64,000 nt of DNA from assembly GCA_051294375.1 (NCBI GenBank), contig CM119268.1, forward strand, positions 9,804,370-9,868,369, read 5' to 3'. The notes under the pieces were generated by a model. The model was not told the origin of the DNA. It ran no database searches and saw only the letters and a program-made list of their open reading frames with translations. Source of the stretch: Paraspadella gotoi (Eukaryota > Animalia > Chaetognatha). Below, piece by piece: positions 1 to 13,125 of the stretch (position 1 is its first letter; each line of letters begins with the position of its first letter). A program made the position numbers and the translations under genes.

Positions 1-237
1 AAAGAAAGGGAGATAGAACGAAAGAAAGAAAAAAGAAAAAGAAAGAAAGAAACAAAGAAACAAACAAACAAAGAAACAAACAAACAAAAAACGGAAGTAA
101 CAAAAAAGAAACAATGAAACGAACAAAAAGAAAAAGAAAAATCAAGAAAAAAATAAATAAAAGAAATAACCAACAAAACAAAACCGAAAAAACAAAACTG
201 AACAAAAAAAAACCGTTTTGTTTTCTCTCGTCAACAG

Positions 238-389
238 GTGAAGATGCGCGGCGTGGGTCGAGTGGAGATCAAGCAGGGGTTTTTGTCACTTGAAGGCCAC
301 ATGGACGACGCGGTGACGATCGCAAGAGCGCAGGTGGAAGAGGCTTGCGCGGGTCGCATCATCAGGAAAACGACCGCTGTGCTAAATAG
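238..389 (+). CDS. RYR: RyR exon, clean duplicate of 5647-5804 ([50 protein letters not shown])
   Basis: cag|GTG...AATAG|gtgatt, open frame. Positions 1-458 duplicate ~5410-5880 and end at an N gap, so this is probably a contig overlap. Confidence 0.85.
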
Positions 390-3310
390 GTGATTGAGAG
401 ATTGAGTGATTGATTGAGTGATTGAGAGATTCATTGGTGAAATGATTGATTGGTTCCANNNNNNNNNNTTTTTAACATTTTTTGTTTATTTACGGCATCA
501 ATGTTAATTTCAAGCTTAGTAGTTGCGTGTTGTTTCGTTCAAATCGCGACAAATGACGAGTTCTGGCGGCGGCAAGCACGCGGCAGCGGCGGCAGCGAAC
601 GATTCGTCCCCGCCGTTCAATGGTTCACAGGGTTCGATATGAGTCATTAAAATAACGTCTGTGAGGTTTAATTGTGCAGTGGGGTCAAGTTGATTCGATA
701 ATCGACAGCGTCATCTTCCTGACCACAGAAAAAAATATAACTTATATTCATAATATTATAAATATTATATTATACTTAATATGCGTAGATTATGATTTCA
801 TAAACGATATAACTTTGAGTTGAACTTCAACTTTTAAATTTTTCTGCGTTTATGTCGACCAGGGGTGAATAATATTTAATAGTCTGCACCGGTCGAAACG
901 AGTTGAATCGTCCAGGGAAAGATCTGGCAATCGAATTCCTCGCCTGGGGATTAAATGCGAATTCTCATTGGGCGGAAGGTTCGTTCTATAAGGTATGGAA
1001 GAGATCTTGCCATTTAATGATTTAGATTTTTTTAAACGATGGTTGTTCTTCTGTACAGAAAATAATAAGACAGCTCCTGCCTTGAAAAAATAGATAGTAG
1101 TACATAATAGTACTATTAGTACAATACTATTGTAAGTCTCTTGATTCCTGATATCCCGTCATTTATTTTTGCTCATTTTGTAAGAAAAAAAGTTACTCTT
1201 TGTTTCCAACTGTCTCGACATTCGATTCTCCGGGGAAATCCCTGGGAAAGATGGGTATCTAGCTAAAGGTAGGTTCTAACTAGATCTCTCATCAGGGAAA
1301 AGAGGTAAGTAGGGTAGTATGTAATGGTAAGAGTAAAACAGATATAACAAAGGGTATCAAGGGTACATAAATAGGGAGAGAAAGGAGAAAGGGAAGGTTT
1401 GCAGACCCCGAGAACCGAGAGGAAAAGTTGAGCTAGTGAGTCCGATCTCCAAGACTCATCCGTGACTCCAGGGATGAATGAGGAGGGACGACGAGGGGAG
1501 AGAGGCGTTGAAAGAAGGGGAAGAAAGAAGGCCCGGGGGAGAGAGAAGGTTCTGGCGGTAAGGTGACGCCTCTATCTGAATCCCGTAATTCATCCCTTCC
1601 CAATTCTCAACTTATCTCTCTTTGTCACGCCTGGGATAATTAGCATTTTAACATTTTCGCGTTTACAATTCCGTATTTTTGCATTTCGCATTTTCACATT
1701 TCACATAGACCGCGTTTCAATCTTTTTCATCCCGGCGTTTAAATTCCCGCGTAAATTTCGTCATGCCGAGAGATTTTTTTCGGCCGGTTGGAGTTTACGT
1801 CCGTTGAACGTCGTCCGGAGCCACGGAAAGCCCTGAATGGCTCCGGATTCGACGAATGAAACGCATACGACACTAGTGGGCGCGAGAGACGCGAGGCTCA
1901 TTCCTAATGGGTTCCCGCGTCGACTAATGAAAGGCCAAGTCTCGAAACCAGCCGGCCACGACTTTGGCCAATGGAAGAGAACCGGAAATGGACGAGAACG
2001 TCAGAAAACACGACGCTAACCGGAGTAAGGCAGCAGCGGCAGCGGCGAAGCGGTCGCCGCCTCTCCGGTCATCGGGCGAAACGCAGAACCGAAAACGTGA
2101 AGCGTGAACGAATTGATCGAGAAGCGTCGAGGTGAAGAACAACGGTGAACGATGACGTGGCTGAGAATGAACGACGGTGAAAAGAAAGTTTGGTGAGCGG
2201 GGGGGGGGGGTTAGTGCGGTAACGATGAAATCGGATGAAGCGACCGGAACCCGATACATGACTGTGAAACGAAGAGGTTGACGCGGGTGAAAATATTAGT
2301 GGTGAACGTTTTTTAAAGAGGCGGTCGGATGAGAGATTGGTTTTTCGCTGAATGAAGGAATATAGAATTCAGTTTTTAAAATTTGGCTAAGATTAAAAAT
2401 TGAAATATCCACAGATTTTTCGCTCTGCAAACTTTTTGGTTTGCTCCTTTTAGTTTTGTTCTTTTGAAGAATTCTTCTTCATCTAGCAGTACCGTGCAAT
2501 GATAATTTTTAAATATAAATGAAAAAAAGTAAAGAAGGAAAACAAGAAAAGCATAGAAAGTAAAAAAGTTAAGAAAGCAAGCAAGAAAGTCGAAAATATT
2601 CAAGAAAGAAAAAAGAAAGAAGTAAAGAATAGAAAGAATGTAAAGAAAGAAAGGAAGAAAGCAAAGAAAAAAAAGCCTTTAAATCCACCCTATTTCTTTT
2701 CCTTCTTCCCTGCCCGCCCCCCCCCCCCAACTCAGCATCATCTACGAGTCCCGGCCGCAGTGACCGGACAACGCCCGCTCCCTCTGGCGATCGTCACGCC
2801 AACTTTTGCCGCACGAAATGGATCGGGCGGATTCCCTCATCAGCCTAGGCGAGCTTCCCCACTAACGCATTTTCGCCACAATCACTCGGGTCGGTTCGCT
2901 CTGCGTCCAGGGCGTAGATCGATCTTCCTCGAAACTTTTCGGATGAAAGATCGATAACGAGACAGTGAGTAAGAGGGAGGGTCAGTATGCGGGGTAGGTA
3001 AAAGGGTCAAGGAGAAAATAAGTAAGTGACACTTTTTTTCTCCGTTTACAATTTATGAATGAATGCGAGGAAAACAAATAATTTTGTCCGGATCGATGCA
3101 AGAACAAACTTAGCGTGTAAATATGGGTTGTTATATTTTCAATAAATTTTTTTCTGTATGGTAACGTCATTTTTTTAACATTTTTTTGTTATTTATGGCA
3201 ACAATGTTAATTTCAAGGCTTAGTAGTTGCGTGTTGTTTCGTTATAATTTATATTAATTAAAATTAAATCCAAACATATGAAATTGTTTTATTAAAAGGG
3301 GGGGTGTGAA

Positions 3311-3570
3311 AACAAAGAACGGTTTTCGNNNNNNNNNNNNNNNNNNNNNNNNNTATTCCAAGGTGTTGCGCCGCATTACTTTTCTTTTTACTCTCTTATC
3401 CCTTGTGTTTCCGTAGCTTAGATTTGAGGTTTTTCTCCAGTTTAACAAATGAGCAATGAACTATAGGGCAGTTATAAGTGTTTTTAACGTAAGTAGGACC
3501 GACCGACGGACAGACCTACCGACAGACCGACCGAAAATAGACTTATAGAGTACTCGAGGCGCAACTAAAA
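3311..3570 (+). mobile_element. DINE/HINE-like element, second copy
   Basis: Shares TATTCCAAGGTGTTGCGCCGCATTACTTTTC, the GACCGACGGACA repeats and GGCGCAACTAAAAA with 18476-18727. Confidence 0.6.
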
Positions 3571-3631
3571 ATGATCATAATTTGGCAAAAAGAAAAACTT
3601 AGAGGACTCCAACTACCCGATCTCTTTCCAG

Positions 3632-3789
3632 GCTACACCTTCTACCTCCGCCAGTCAAAGGACGACAAACGGATCACCGAGGTTCGCGACGAGGAGGGGA
3701 TGGGTCAACCCGGAGTCAAGTTCGGCGAGTCGCTCCTCTTCCTGCAGCACGCCCACACAGGATTGTGGCTCACTTACAAGACCAAAGAG
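3632..3789 (+). CDS. RYR: RyR exon (MIR domain)
   Basis: ttccag|G...AAAGAG|gtgggc; [52 protein letters not shown]. Confidence 0.92.
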
Positions 3790-6700
3790 GTGGGCGAGAG
3801 CAGGGGGAGGGATTAGGGGTGCGGGAAGGAACGGAAAAAAAGAAAGAAAGAAAGGGAGATAAGAAAAAAAGAAAAAGAAAAGAAGAGAAGAAAGGGAGAT
3901 AGAAAAAAGATAAAAGAAAGAAAGAAAGAAAGGAAAGAAAAAGAGAAAGAAAGGAAAAAAAGAAGGAAGATAGAAAAAAGAAAGAAAGAAAGTAAGAAGA
4001 AAGAAAGAAGAGAAGAGAAAGAAAGAAGGAAAAAAAAGGAAGTAAAGAAAGAAAAGGGAGATAGAACGAAAGAAAGAAAGAAAAAAAGAAAAGAAAGAAA
4101 GAAAGAAAGAAAGAACAGAAGAAAGAAAAAGAAAGAAGAGATAGAAAAAAGAAAAAAGAAAGTAAAGAAAGAAAGGGAAGATAAAAAAAAGGATAAAAAA
4201 AAGAAAAGAAAGAAAGAAAGAAAGTAAGAAAGGAAAGAAAAGAAAGAAAGAAAGAAAGAGAAAAAAAGAAGTAAAAGAAAGAAAAGGGAGATAGAAGAAA
4301 GAAACAAATATTATTTTCTTCCCTTATGTGGCGGCGTCTCTGATTGGCTTGGAAAGTGGACCGTGAGTGACATGTCACATAATATCTTACCTTCCAATTG
4401 TGACGGTTCACAAAAAAAGAAAAAAAGAAAAAAAAGAAAGTAAAGAAAGAAAGAAAGAAAAGTAAAAAAGAAGTACAGAAAGAAAGGGGAGATAGAACGA
4501 AAAGAAAGAAAAAAAAAAGAAAAAGGAAAGAAAGAAAGAAAGAAAGAAAGAAGAAAGAAAGAAAGAGGAGGATAGAAAAAAAGAAAAAAAGTAAAGAAAG
4601 AAGAGAAGGGAGATAAAAAAAGAAAAAAAGAGAGAAAGAGAAGGGAAAGAAAGAAAGGAAAAGAAGAAGAACAAGAAAGAGGAGGAAAGAAAAAAAGAAG
4701 GGAAGAAAAGAACGAAGAAAGAAAAAAAGAAAAAAAGAAAGAAAGAAAGAAAGAAAAAGGGAGTATAGAAAAAAAAGGAAAAAAGAAAGAAAGAAAGGAA
4801 AGAAAGAAAGAAAAGAAAGAAAGAAAAGAAAGAAAAGAAGAAAGAAAGAAGAAAGAAAGAAAGGGAGATAGAAAGAAAGGAAAGAAAAAAAGAAAAAAAG
4901 AAAGAAAGAAAACAAAGACAAACAACAAAGAAACAAAACAAAGACAAAAAAACGGAAGTAACAAAAAAGAAACANNNNNNNNNNNNNNNNNNNNNNNNNA
5001 GAGAAAGGAAGATCAAAAAGGAAAAGAACAAGGAAGGGAAAAAGAACAGTAAGAAAAATAAAGAAGAAGAAAGAAGAGAAGGAAAGAAGAGATAAAGGAG
5101 ATAGAGAAAAAAAAAAAAAAAAAAAAAAGAGAAGGAGAAAGAAAGAAAGGAGAAAGAACAAGAACGAAAGAAGAAAGGGAGGATAGAAAAAAAAAAGAAG
5201 AAAGAAAAAGAAAGAAAAGAAAGAAAAGAAAGAAAAAGAAAGAAAGAAAGAAAGAAAGAAAGAAAAGGAGAGATAGAAAAGAAAGAAGAGAAGAAGAAAG
5301 AAAGGAAAGAAAAAGAAAGAAAAAGGAAAGAAAGGAAAAAAAGAAGAAAGACAAGAAAGAAAGAAAGAAAGAAAGAAAGAAGAAAAGAAAGAAAGAAGTA
5401 AAGAAAGAAAAGGGAGATAGAACGAAAGAAAGAAAAAAAGAAAAAGAAAGGAAAGAAAGAAACAAAGAAACAAAGAAAAAAAGAACAAAGAAACAAAAAA
5501 CCGGAAGTAACAAAAAAGAAACAATGAAACGAACAAAAAGAAAAGAAAAATCAGAGAAAAAATAAATAAAAGAAATAACCTACAAAACAAAACCGAAAAA
5601 ACAAAACTGAACAAAAAAAAACCGTTTTGTTTTCTCTCGTCAACAGGTGAAGATGCGCGGCGTGGGTCGAGTGGAGATCAAGCAGGGGTTTTTTTGTCAC
5701 TTGAAGGCCACCATGGACGACGCGGTGACGATTCGCAAGAGGCGCAGGTGGAAGAGGCTTGCGCGGGTCGCATCATCAGGAAAACGACCGCTGTGCTAAA
5801 ATAGGTGATTGAGAGATTGATGTGATTGATGATTGATTGAGTGATTGAGAGATTCATTGGTGAAATGATTGATTGGTTCCATTATTTCGTAGTTTCATCA
5901 ATCGTTTTCACGATCCATCCGTTGATGGTAAATTGGTTTCTAGAATTCCAGTACTGAATTGATTTTGCATTCATTGATCTATTAATGATTATTGATTGAT
6001 TGATTGATTTATCGAACATTTTCCTCATCCCAAGTTCATTAAAGTCCTGGACGGATTCAGTCAGGCGTCGCCAGCCGGCGCCAGCGCCTGGAAAGACTCA
6101 CCCGTCCCGCAAGCTGCTGCCTGCTGCTCCCGGACGACCTGGAGAGTACTTTTTCTCACCGGCCGAAGGACGAGGGTAAGCGGTTTTGGTTTTTGGCTAA
6201 ACAAAAAAAAAAAAAAAAAACTGTAAACTTAATCATATTTTCTTCAGATAACGAATTAGTCAGTTATTCAGGCAAGAAAGACATACGGCTCATACCGTAG
6301 TGTTTAATGTTTTTAGGCGATTTGATGAATTAATATTATTTTGGTAGTCTTGCTTTCTGGTCCTGGTCACGGGGACCGTGAAAAGGGACAGAATACGAAA
6401 ATGTTACAAATGGGCGTAGATTAATTTGCTTAAATTAAAATTACAATCATGTTGATAAAAATATTCGGGTTAAATTGTGCAAAATGCTGCAAAGGACTAG
6501 CATGGTAGCGACATGCGTCAACTAAAAAGTCAAGCGAAATGAACAATTTGAACACCGAGTAGTTTCGCTCACGCGCGTTGCCCGCTCGAATCAATTTTTA
6601 ATTGGCAAAATGAAATAATGTTAAATATTCGTAACTATTGATTTTCAGAGCACGAGGCCAAACAGAGTCATCTTCGGTCGCTTAGGAATCGACAAGACTT

Positions 6701-9700
6701 GTTCCACGAGGAAGGGATGGTCGCGATGATCCTCGACATTATTGACAAAATATCTGTTTACAACAACAGGTACCTAAACATTAACAGTAAAAAGTAAACA
6801 ATAACTTTGGCTCCGCTTTAGCGAACTAGTTTTAAAAGACAAAATAAAAAAGTGTCAAATTAATCGCATTCATCAATAAAACGCCATGTTTTATGTTCTG
6901 TAATTTATTTGTAAAGTTGACAATAAAACCTGTAAAAAATCCTCTGATTCCGATTGTTCCTTTGTTTCTCTTTCTAGCGGTCATTTCGCCATCAACGCCG
7001 GAGAAGAGGCGGGAGCTGCCTTCGACGAGATCGTCGACAAACTCTACTTACTTTTGGGTAAGTTTGTTAAAGTTATACAAATAAAATGAGAGAAAAAGGA
7101 GAAAAGGAAGGAAAGCGAAAGAAAAGAATAGAAAAAAAGAAGAAAAGAAAGAAAAGAAGAAAAAGAAAGAAGAAGAAAGAAATGAAAAGAAAGAAAAAAA
7201 AAATAAAAGAAATAAAAGAAAAAAAAGAAAAAAAAGAACAAAAAGAAAGAAAGAACAAAAAAGAAAAGAAAAAGAAAGAAAAGAAAAGAAAAGAAAAAGA
7301 AAGAAAGAAAGAAAGAAAGAAAGAAGAAAGAAGAAAGAATGAAAGAAAAAAAGAAAAAAAAGAAAATAATGAAAAGAAAAGAAAAGAATGGAATGAATGA
7401 AAAGAAAAGAAAGAAAAGTACAGGAAAGTAAAAAAAAAAGGAAAGAGAAGACCTTTGTCTTTGTCTAAGAAAAGGAAAGAACCTCTCACTTCATCCAACC
7501 TTCCAACCTCCCGTCCACTTCAGCGGCCATGATTCGCGGGAATCGACCGAACTGCGCGGAATTCGCGCAGTCGAAGCGACTCGATTGGCTCATCTCGAGA
7601 CTAGAGAGTCAACAGGCGTCGGCGGGGGTCTTGGACGTCTTGCACACCATTCTCACGGGTGAGGGATCGACATTGGCTGACATTTCGGGAAAGTAAATTT
7701 TTAATTGAAAAGAGTCAACATTATTTTCCAAAAGCGCCACGTTTCTGTTCCTTTCCGTTTTATTTATTATAACCAAATCTTTACCCTAAGCCCTAAATCA
7801 ATTCCCTAACCTAATATTTAAACCTAAAGACATTCGAAAAAGATGGCCAAAAAGTCGACCCACAAAAGCATTCTGACTTCAAAGACATTGACTTTCGCGA
7901 CGATGCCATTGTCCTCTTTTTTTTTTTTACAGACTCGCCCGAGGCTCTGAACATGATCAAAGAAAAACACATCCGGTCCATCATTTCTCTATTGGATCGA
8001 AACGGAAGAGACCCCAAGGTAAGTCGGCCTTACCTGACTCGCCAGCCTCACGACCCCGTCCTGTCTTAACCATCCTTCTCTCTCTCCACGCCCACCAAGG
8101 TCCTCAACATTTTGTGCAGCCTTTGCGTTGGCAACGACGTCGCCGTCCGCACCAACCAGAACCTCATTTGCGACAATCTCCTTCCGGGGAGAGACTTGTT
8201 GCTGCAAACCGCCCTCGTCGATCACGTGACCTCGATGAGGCCCAACATTTTTATTTCGTTGGAAGGTAATTTGAATATGAATATAAATTATAATAAAATT
8301 AAATTATTACGAGAGGTTATTACCTCACGTAAGAATTTCATTTTGATTCTAACTTGAACAATATTTACATAAAGAACGAAAGATGAATGTTTCAACAAAC
8401 AAATGATCATCCTACGTATATAACTGACGCCTCCCCAGGCACGGCGATGTACAGTCGGTGGTACTACGAGATCATCGTCGACCACGTGGAGCAGCTTACC
8501 CACGAGCCTCCGGTGCTGAGGGTGGGTTGGGCCACCACCGCCGGATTTGTCCCGTTTCCCGGCGGCGGAACTGGTGAGGAAATTTTCCGGTTTGGTTCAA
8601 GTAAATTTCTAAAAAATAAACCTTATCTGCGCTGTCGACGACAGGCTGGGGAGGCAACGGTTGCGGCGACGACCTCTTCTCCTACGCCTTCGACGGGACG
8701 TGCCTCTGGACGGGCGCCAAACCGCTCGCCGTCCGCGACCAATCGGTCGGCGGGTTTCGAAAGGGCGACATCATCGGATGCGCGCTGGATCTCTCCATTC
8801 CGCAGGTGATTAACTGATTAAATTGGCTGATTGATTAATTAGTTCAGTGATTGACCGATTGATTTAGTCAGTGATTAATCAATTTTTCTTGTTTCTATTT
8901 TTTTAAATTTTATTCGAGGAGCGATGAAACTATTTGATTGGCTTGATTGATTGACAGTCTGAGGCAAAAAAAAAAAAGCGAGTTCAAATATTCTCCTCAT
9001 CTACCGAGAATAAATCCCATTTAATAAAATCCAATAAAGCAAATAAAAGGAATAAAAACGAATCGAGAAAAGAAAACGGATTATCCTTCCCCGCTCTACT
9101 CCCCCCCACCCCCCTCCCCCCCATCGTCTCCAGATCACGTTTTGGGTGAAGGTGTCCATCGGCGGCGTCTTTCGAGACTTCAACCTCGACGGCTGCTTTT
9201 ATCCCATCGTCTCCATGTCAGCCAAGATCGGGTAAGTTCGAGTAACTGGGTGAGGGATCGCGAAAGGGTTGAGTCGTTGGAGCCCGCGGTTTATTTTATT
9301 GGCAACAAACAGAAAATGTCAATGCAATGGATTTCCTTTAAGTTTGCGCGCGTTCAAACTTCAAAGAAGTCTAGGCGGTAAAAATTAGATTTTCCGTAGG
9401 ATACCGACTGTACTGAGCTTTATCAGACTGTAGATTTTTTTATTTTTTTAGATTCGGTTTATCATTCTCGGACAGTTTCATGTAACTTGAAACATTTCCG
9501 TTATTTTCAAATAGTTTTAAAAATACTATTATTATAGTCGTGATATATGGAGGTATTTTTGTTACGAGTGAGAAGTATTAATTCAATTTATTATAAAATA
9601 AACTTGGAAAGTCTGGCGCCAGCAGAACTTCTCGCTATTGGCTTTCTCATTCTTGGCACAATAAATTATTCTCGTTAATATTGTAACCTTTTATGAGGAG

Positions 9701-12700
9701 AAAGATACGTAAATCTCGCGGCCGTCAGTACGACGACGACAACGACGACGACGACGACGTCGATAATATTTCCTCTTTTGAATGGCAAACACGATCTCAA
9801 CTCGCTGCCGTCCGGCCAAGAATGCCGAGAACGGGGCCGGCCGCCGAGAGAACGAAAACTGGGTCGATGACGAAGACTGGAAATGAGGTGGGAGAAGAGC
9901 CGGGGATTGGGGATTCGTGACTGGGGACTCAAATTGGGATTAGGGTCCTAAATCTCAAATTTTTACACACGTGGGCACTGGGCAGAATATTGAGGCGGTT
10001 GGGAAATCGGAGTGGGAGAGAAAAGTTGGATATCGGCGTTGTGAGATGACAGAGCCGAGGTAAAGGGCAAAGTACGAGCGCGACGAAAGATCATTATTCA
10101 TGCGCAACTGGTGCAGCTGTGGCGACAGCAGTAGCGACAGCAGTGGCGACACTTGTTAACCGCTGCAGAAAATTCTACGCAGCTGGAAAACTTGCAGGAC
10201 GCAATTGACTGCCGAACTCGTTTCAGATGTTCGTTTCTGGCAAAAAAAAATACTTACAAAAAAAATGCTATTAGTAAAAAATACAGGACAATCATCGTAG
10301 AAATCTGCAAAGAATTTGAAATGATTTATCCATAGTTTAATTGTTACCCACATCAATTATTTTTTAATTTAAAGATGAAAATTTAACTAAACTGGGCTTC
10401 TTCATAAGATTAGATATGAGAGAGAATAGAAATGTAACAAATTTCTCTCTCGCGTTATAAATTGCTCCGAAACTCATTACTCGTCTCGTTTTCATATCGG
10501 TTCGTGTGAAATAAACTTTTCCCGGGTTTTATTTTTTTTAAGTAACTGAAATCATCAGAGATGACTCAGTGCGCACGGATTCCCAGTTATCAATAGATGT
10601 GTGGTTCCTATGCCGTTCGCACTGCCCAGTTTTCCTGCAACGATAACATAAATGTTTAAATATTCCTGAAAACGTAATCAATAATGTCTGCTCGGCAGTG
10701 TTACGTAAAAAGTTTACAAGTAAAATTCACGATCGACTGAGCACTGAGTGAGCAGTGAGCAGTGAGCAGTGAGCAGTGAGCAGTGAGCATTCGGATTTTA
10801 GCTTTCGCCGAATTCTTTAAAAACGATTATCTTTTTTTTTTAACGTCAACCAAATTCATTCTTTCTCTTCAATTGACGTCATTGTCGTCATCTGCAGTCT
10901 AATGATTAGTTTCGATCTCCAATAAAAATGGCGGAACCCAAAGAAAAACCGCGTCGAATAAAGTTGGGAACTCGAAGCTACGACTTTCCCTCGACCGACC
11001 TCGGTGTCTTCGAACCCTGTCGTCCAGACGATGACCCCGAGGAGCTCAAGAAGAAACTTCGAGACGACGGGTATATTTTTGTTCGCGGGTTACACGACAG
11101 AGAGCGAGTGCTCGAAGCGAGAACTCTTGTCCTGGAATACATCGGTGAGTGTTGGAGAGCCTTGTGGCGGTTGCTATAATAGATGACTCTTACGAAGGAA
11201 TGGAGTATAAACTAAACAACAAAGATCCAACAAAATAGCATCTGCATCTGTCGTTCGCTCCCTTCACTCTCAGCTTCGACCGGCGCCGGAAAGTTGGTCG
11301 GCGACGTCACTAACGGCGTCCTCGACTCAAGATGTGGACGAGGATGCGTCCCTTTTATGGAGGGAAAGAACGACGTGACGCATTCGCCGCAAGTGTTGGA
11401 GGTGATGGAGGAAAGGATAGAGAAAAAAAGGAAAGGAAAAAAGAAAAAGAAAGGAAAGGATTGAGGAATAAGGAAAATGGATGAGCGACGAAATTACGTA
11501 GTAATTAAAAGAGGAAATTATAAGGAAATGAGTCGACTTACGTACGTATATCGAAATCTTGATGGTCTTTACGTCTAATAATGCCGTAACTAAAAAACAG
11601 CCTGTGTGATGGTTTTAAATAAATTTCATTGGTTCACGGTATATCTGCGTATTCTAAATGGTACGACTTTCACACCCGATACATACAAGGTGTTGGAAGG
11701 CGAGAGACCCAAGAAGTTCTTCCAAAAATTATTCGGCGAAGGAGCCCTGACTTTCGACTACAAGTGGCTTCGCGCGATGTACAAAGAAGGATTCACAGGT
11801 TGCTAACGTTTGAGCGAATTTGTTTATAGTAGCATCGGTTGAGCGCTTTAATCGCTCCTCCAAGGAGCGCATGTGGACAACGTGTACATGGGCCGGGGTT
11901 CGTCGAACGTGTTGACCATGTGGACCCCGTTCGGGGCGACGCCGGCGGAGATGGGCGTCATCGCCGTTTGCGAGGCGTCGCATCGTTTGGCCGGCTTCGA
12001 CAAATTCCAAAGCACTTATGGTAAATTGTAAAGGGATTTTATCTCTACGAGTCTATGATTATGATTATTATTTTATAATATTTTGGATAAATCTCTTTTT
12101 TCGAAAGCGAGGGATTTTCCGTTTTTCATCTTAAGGTTCTTGCGACATTGAGGCCGAGGGTCTGGAGGGAAGCGGTTGGTTTACTCTCGATCCTCGGGAA
12201 ATAACTCAATTTGGCGGGAAATGGAAAACGGGAGACTTCGAACCCGGTGAAAGAGTCGTTTTTGAAATATTGTGATTTCATGGCGGGGTTACGTGAGCTT
12301 TTCTGGGCGGGGAATATATTGAGAGTTATCTCGTTTATTCTCTAAATAAAATAAGCTGCGATTTCTAAATTATTTTTTTTCAGGTGATGCGATCGTGTTT
12401 AATTTGCGAACTGTTCACATGTCTACCGTAAACGAAACAGACTTTGCTCGTGTCTCTTGCGACACCAGATGGCAGCCCCGGTCGCAGAGGGTAGATAACC
12501 GGTTCGTTGGAGACATAGGAGCATCGGATCCTAGATTCGGAGTTTATGGAAACGAGAAAAACGAAAATATGCGGAAAAAGACGACGATGGGAGAAATGAA
12601 GTCGAAATGGGATTTCGACGTGGCTATTCGCTGACCTCGATTATTGACAAACATTTACAATTTGTTTAATTATTATTCGTTGCAGTAAAAAAAGTAAAAC

Positions 12701-13072
12701 AAAGCTATTATACCCAGAGTTCCCATCGTTCAATAAAATTTACAATGGAAATTTAGAATGTTGTTTCTACACAATCCTTTCCAAAGATCCCGTGGTTGTC
12801 GTCGACTCTAGCGCCACTAAAGGAATTAAGTAGGGCAACGATTTGTGACTCGGCCACCAGAGAAGCTTGGGATGAGAATGCGGAACCGCCCTTCGGACGG
12901 CGTCAAAGTAGGAGAGCAGGACGCAGCTGTAGACGAAGCCAACGGGAACGAGCAGGTGCCAGAGGGCGTGGAAGTAGGGGAAAGCCTGGTCGCAGGCGAA
13001 ATTGTCAATCATCCAAAACGCGATGGATGTGAAGGTGAAGACAATAGCCCTGTTGGGGGAGAGAGAGAGAGT

Positions 13073-13125
<53 letters not shown>

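Noticed and set aside
1200-1300. Minus-strand CTGATGA as a hammerhead (similar hits at ~2837 and ~15182)
   Set aside because: No stem II closing onto GAAA and no matching stem I or III
3770-5614. 614-aa and overlapping Phe/Leu/Ser-rich ORFs (also 7044-7498 and 47901-48218)
   Set aside because: They are translations of AAAG microsatellite tracts that lack stop codons by composition
7781-7830. Telomere-like CCCTAA repeats
   Set aside because: Only a few degenerate units in a short intron; more likely part of a small repeat element
10098-10100. TGA as selenocysteine supplying an eighth Cys-equivalent in the peptide
   Set aside because: No SECIS element recognised downstream; unsupported
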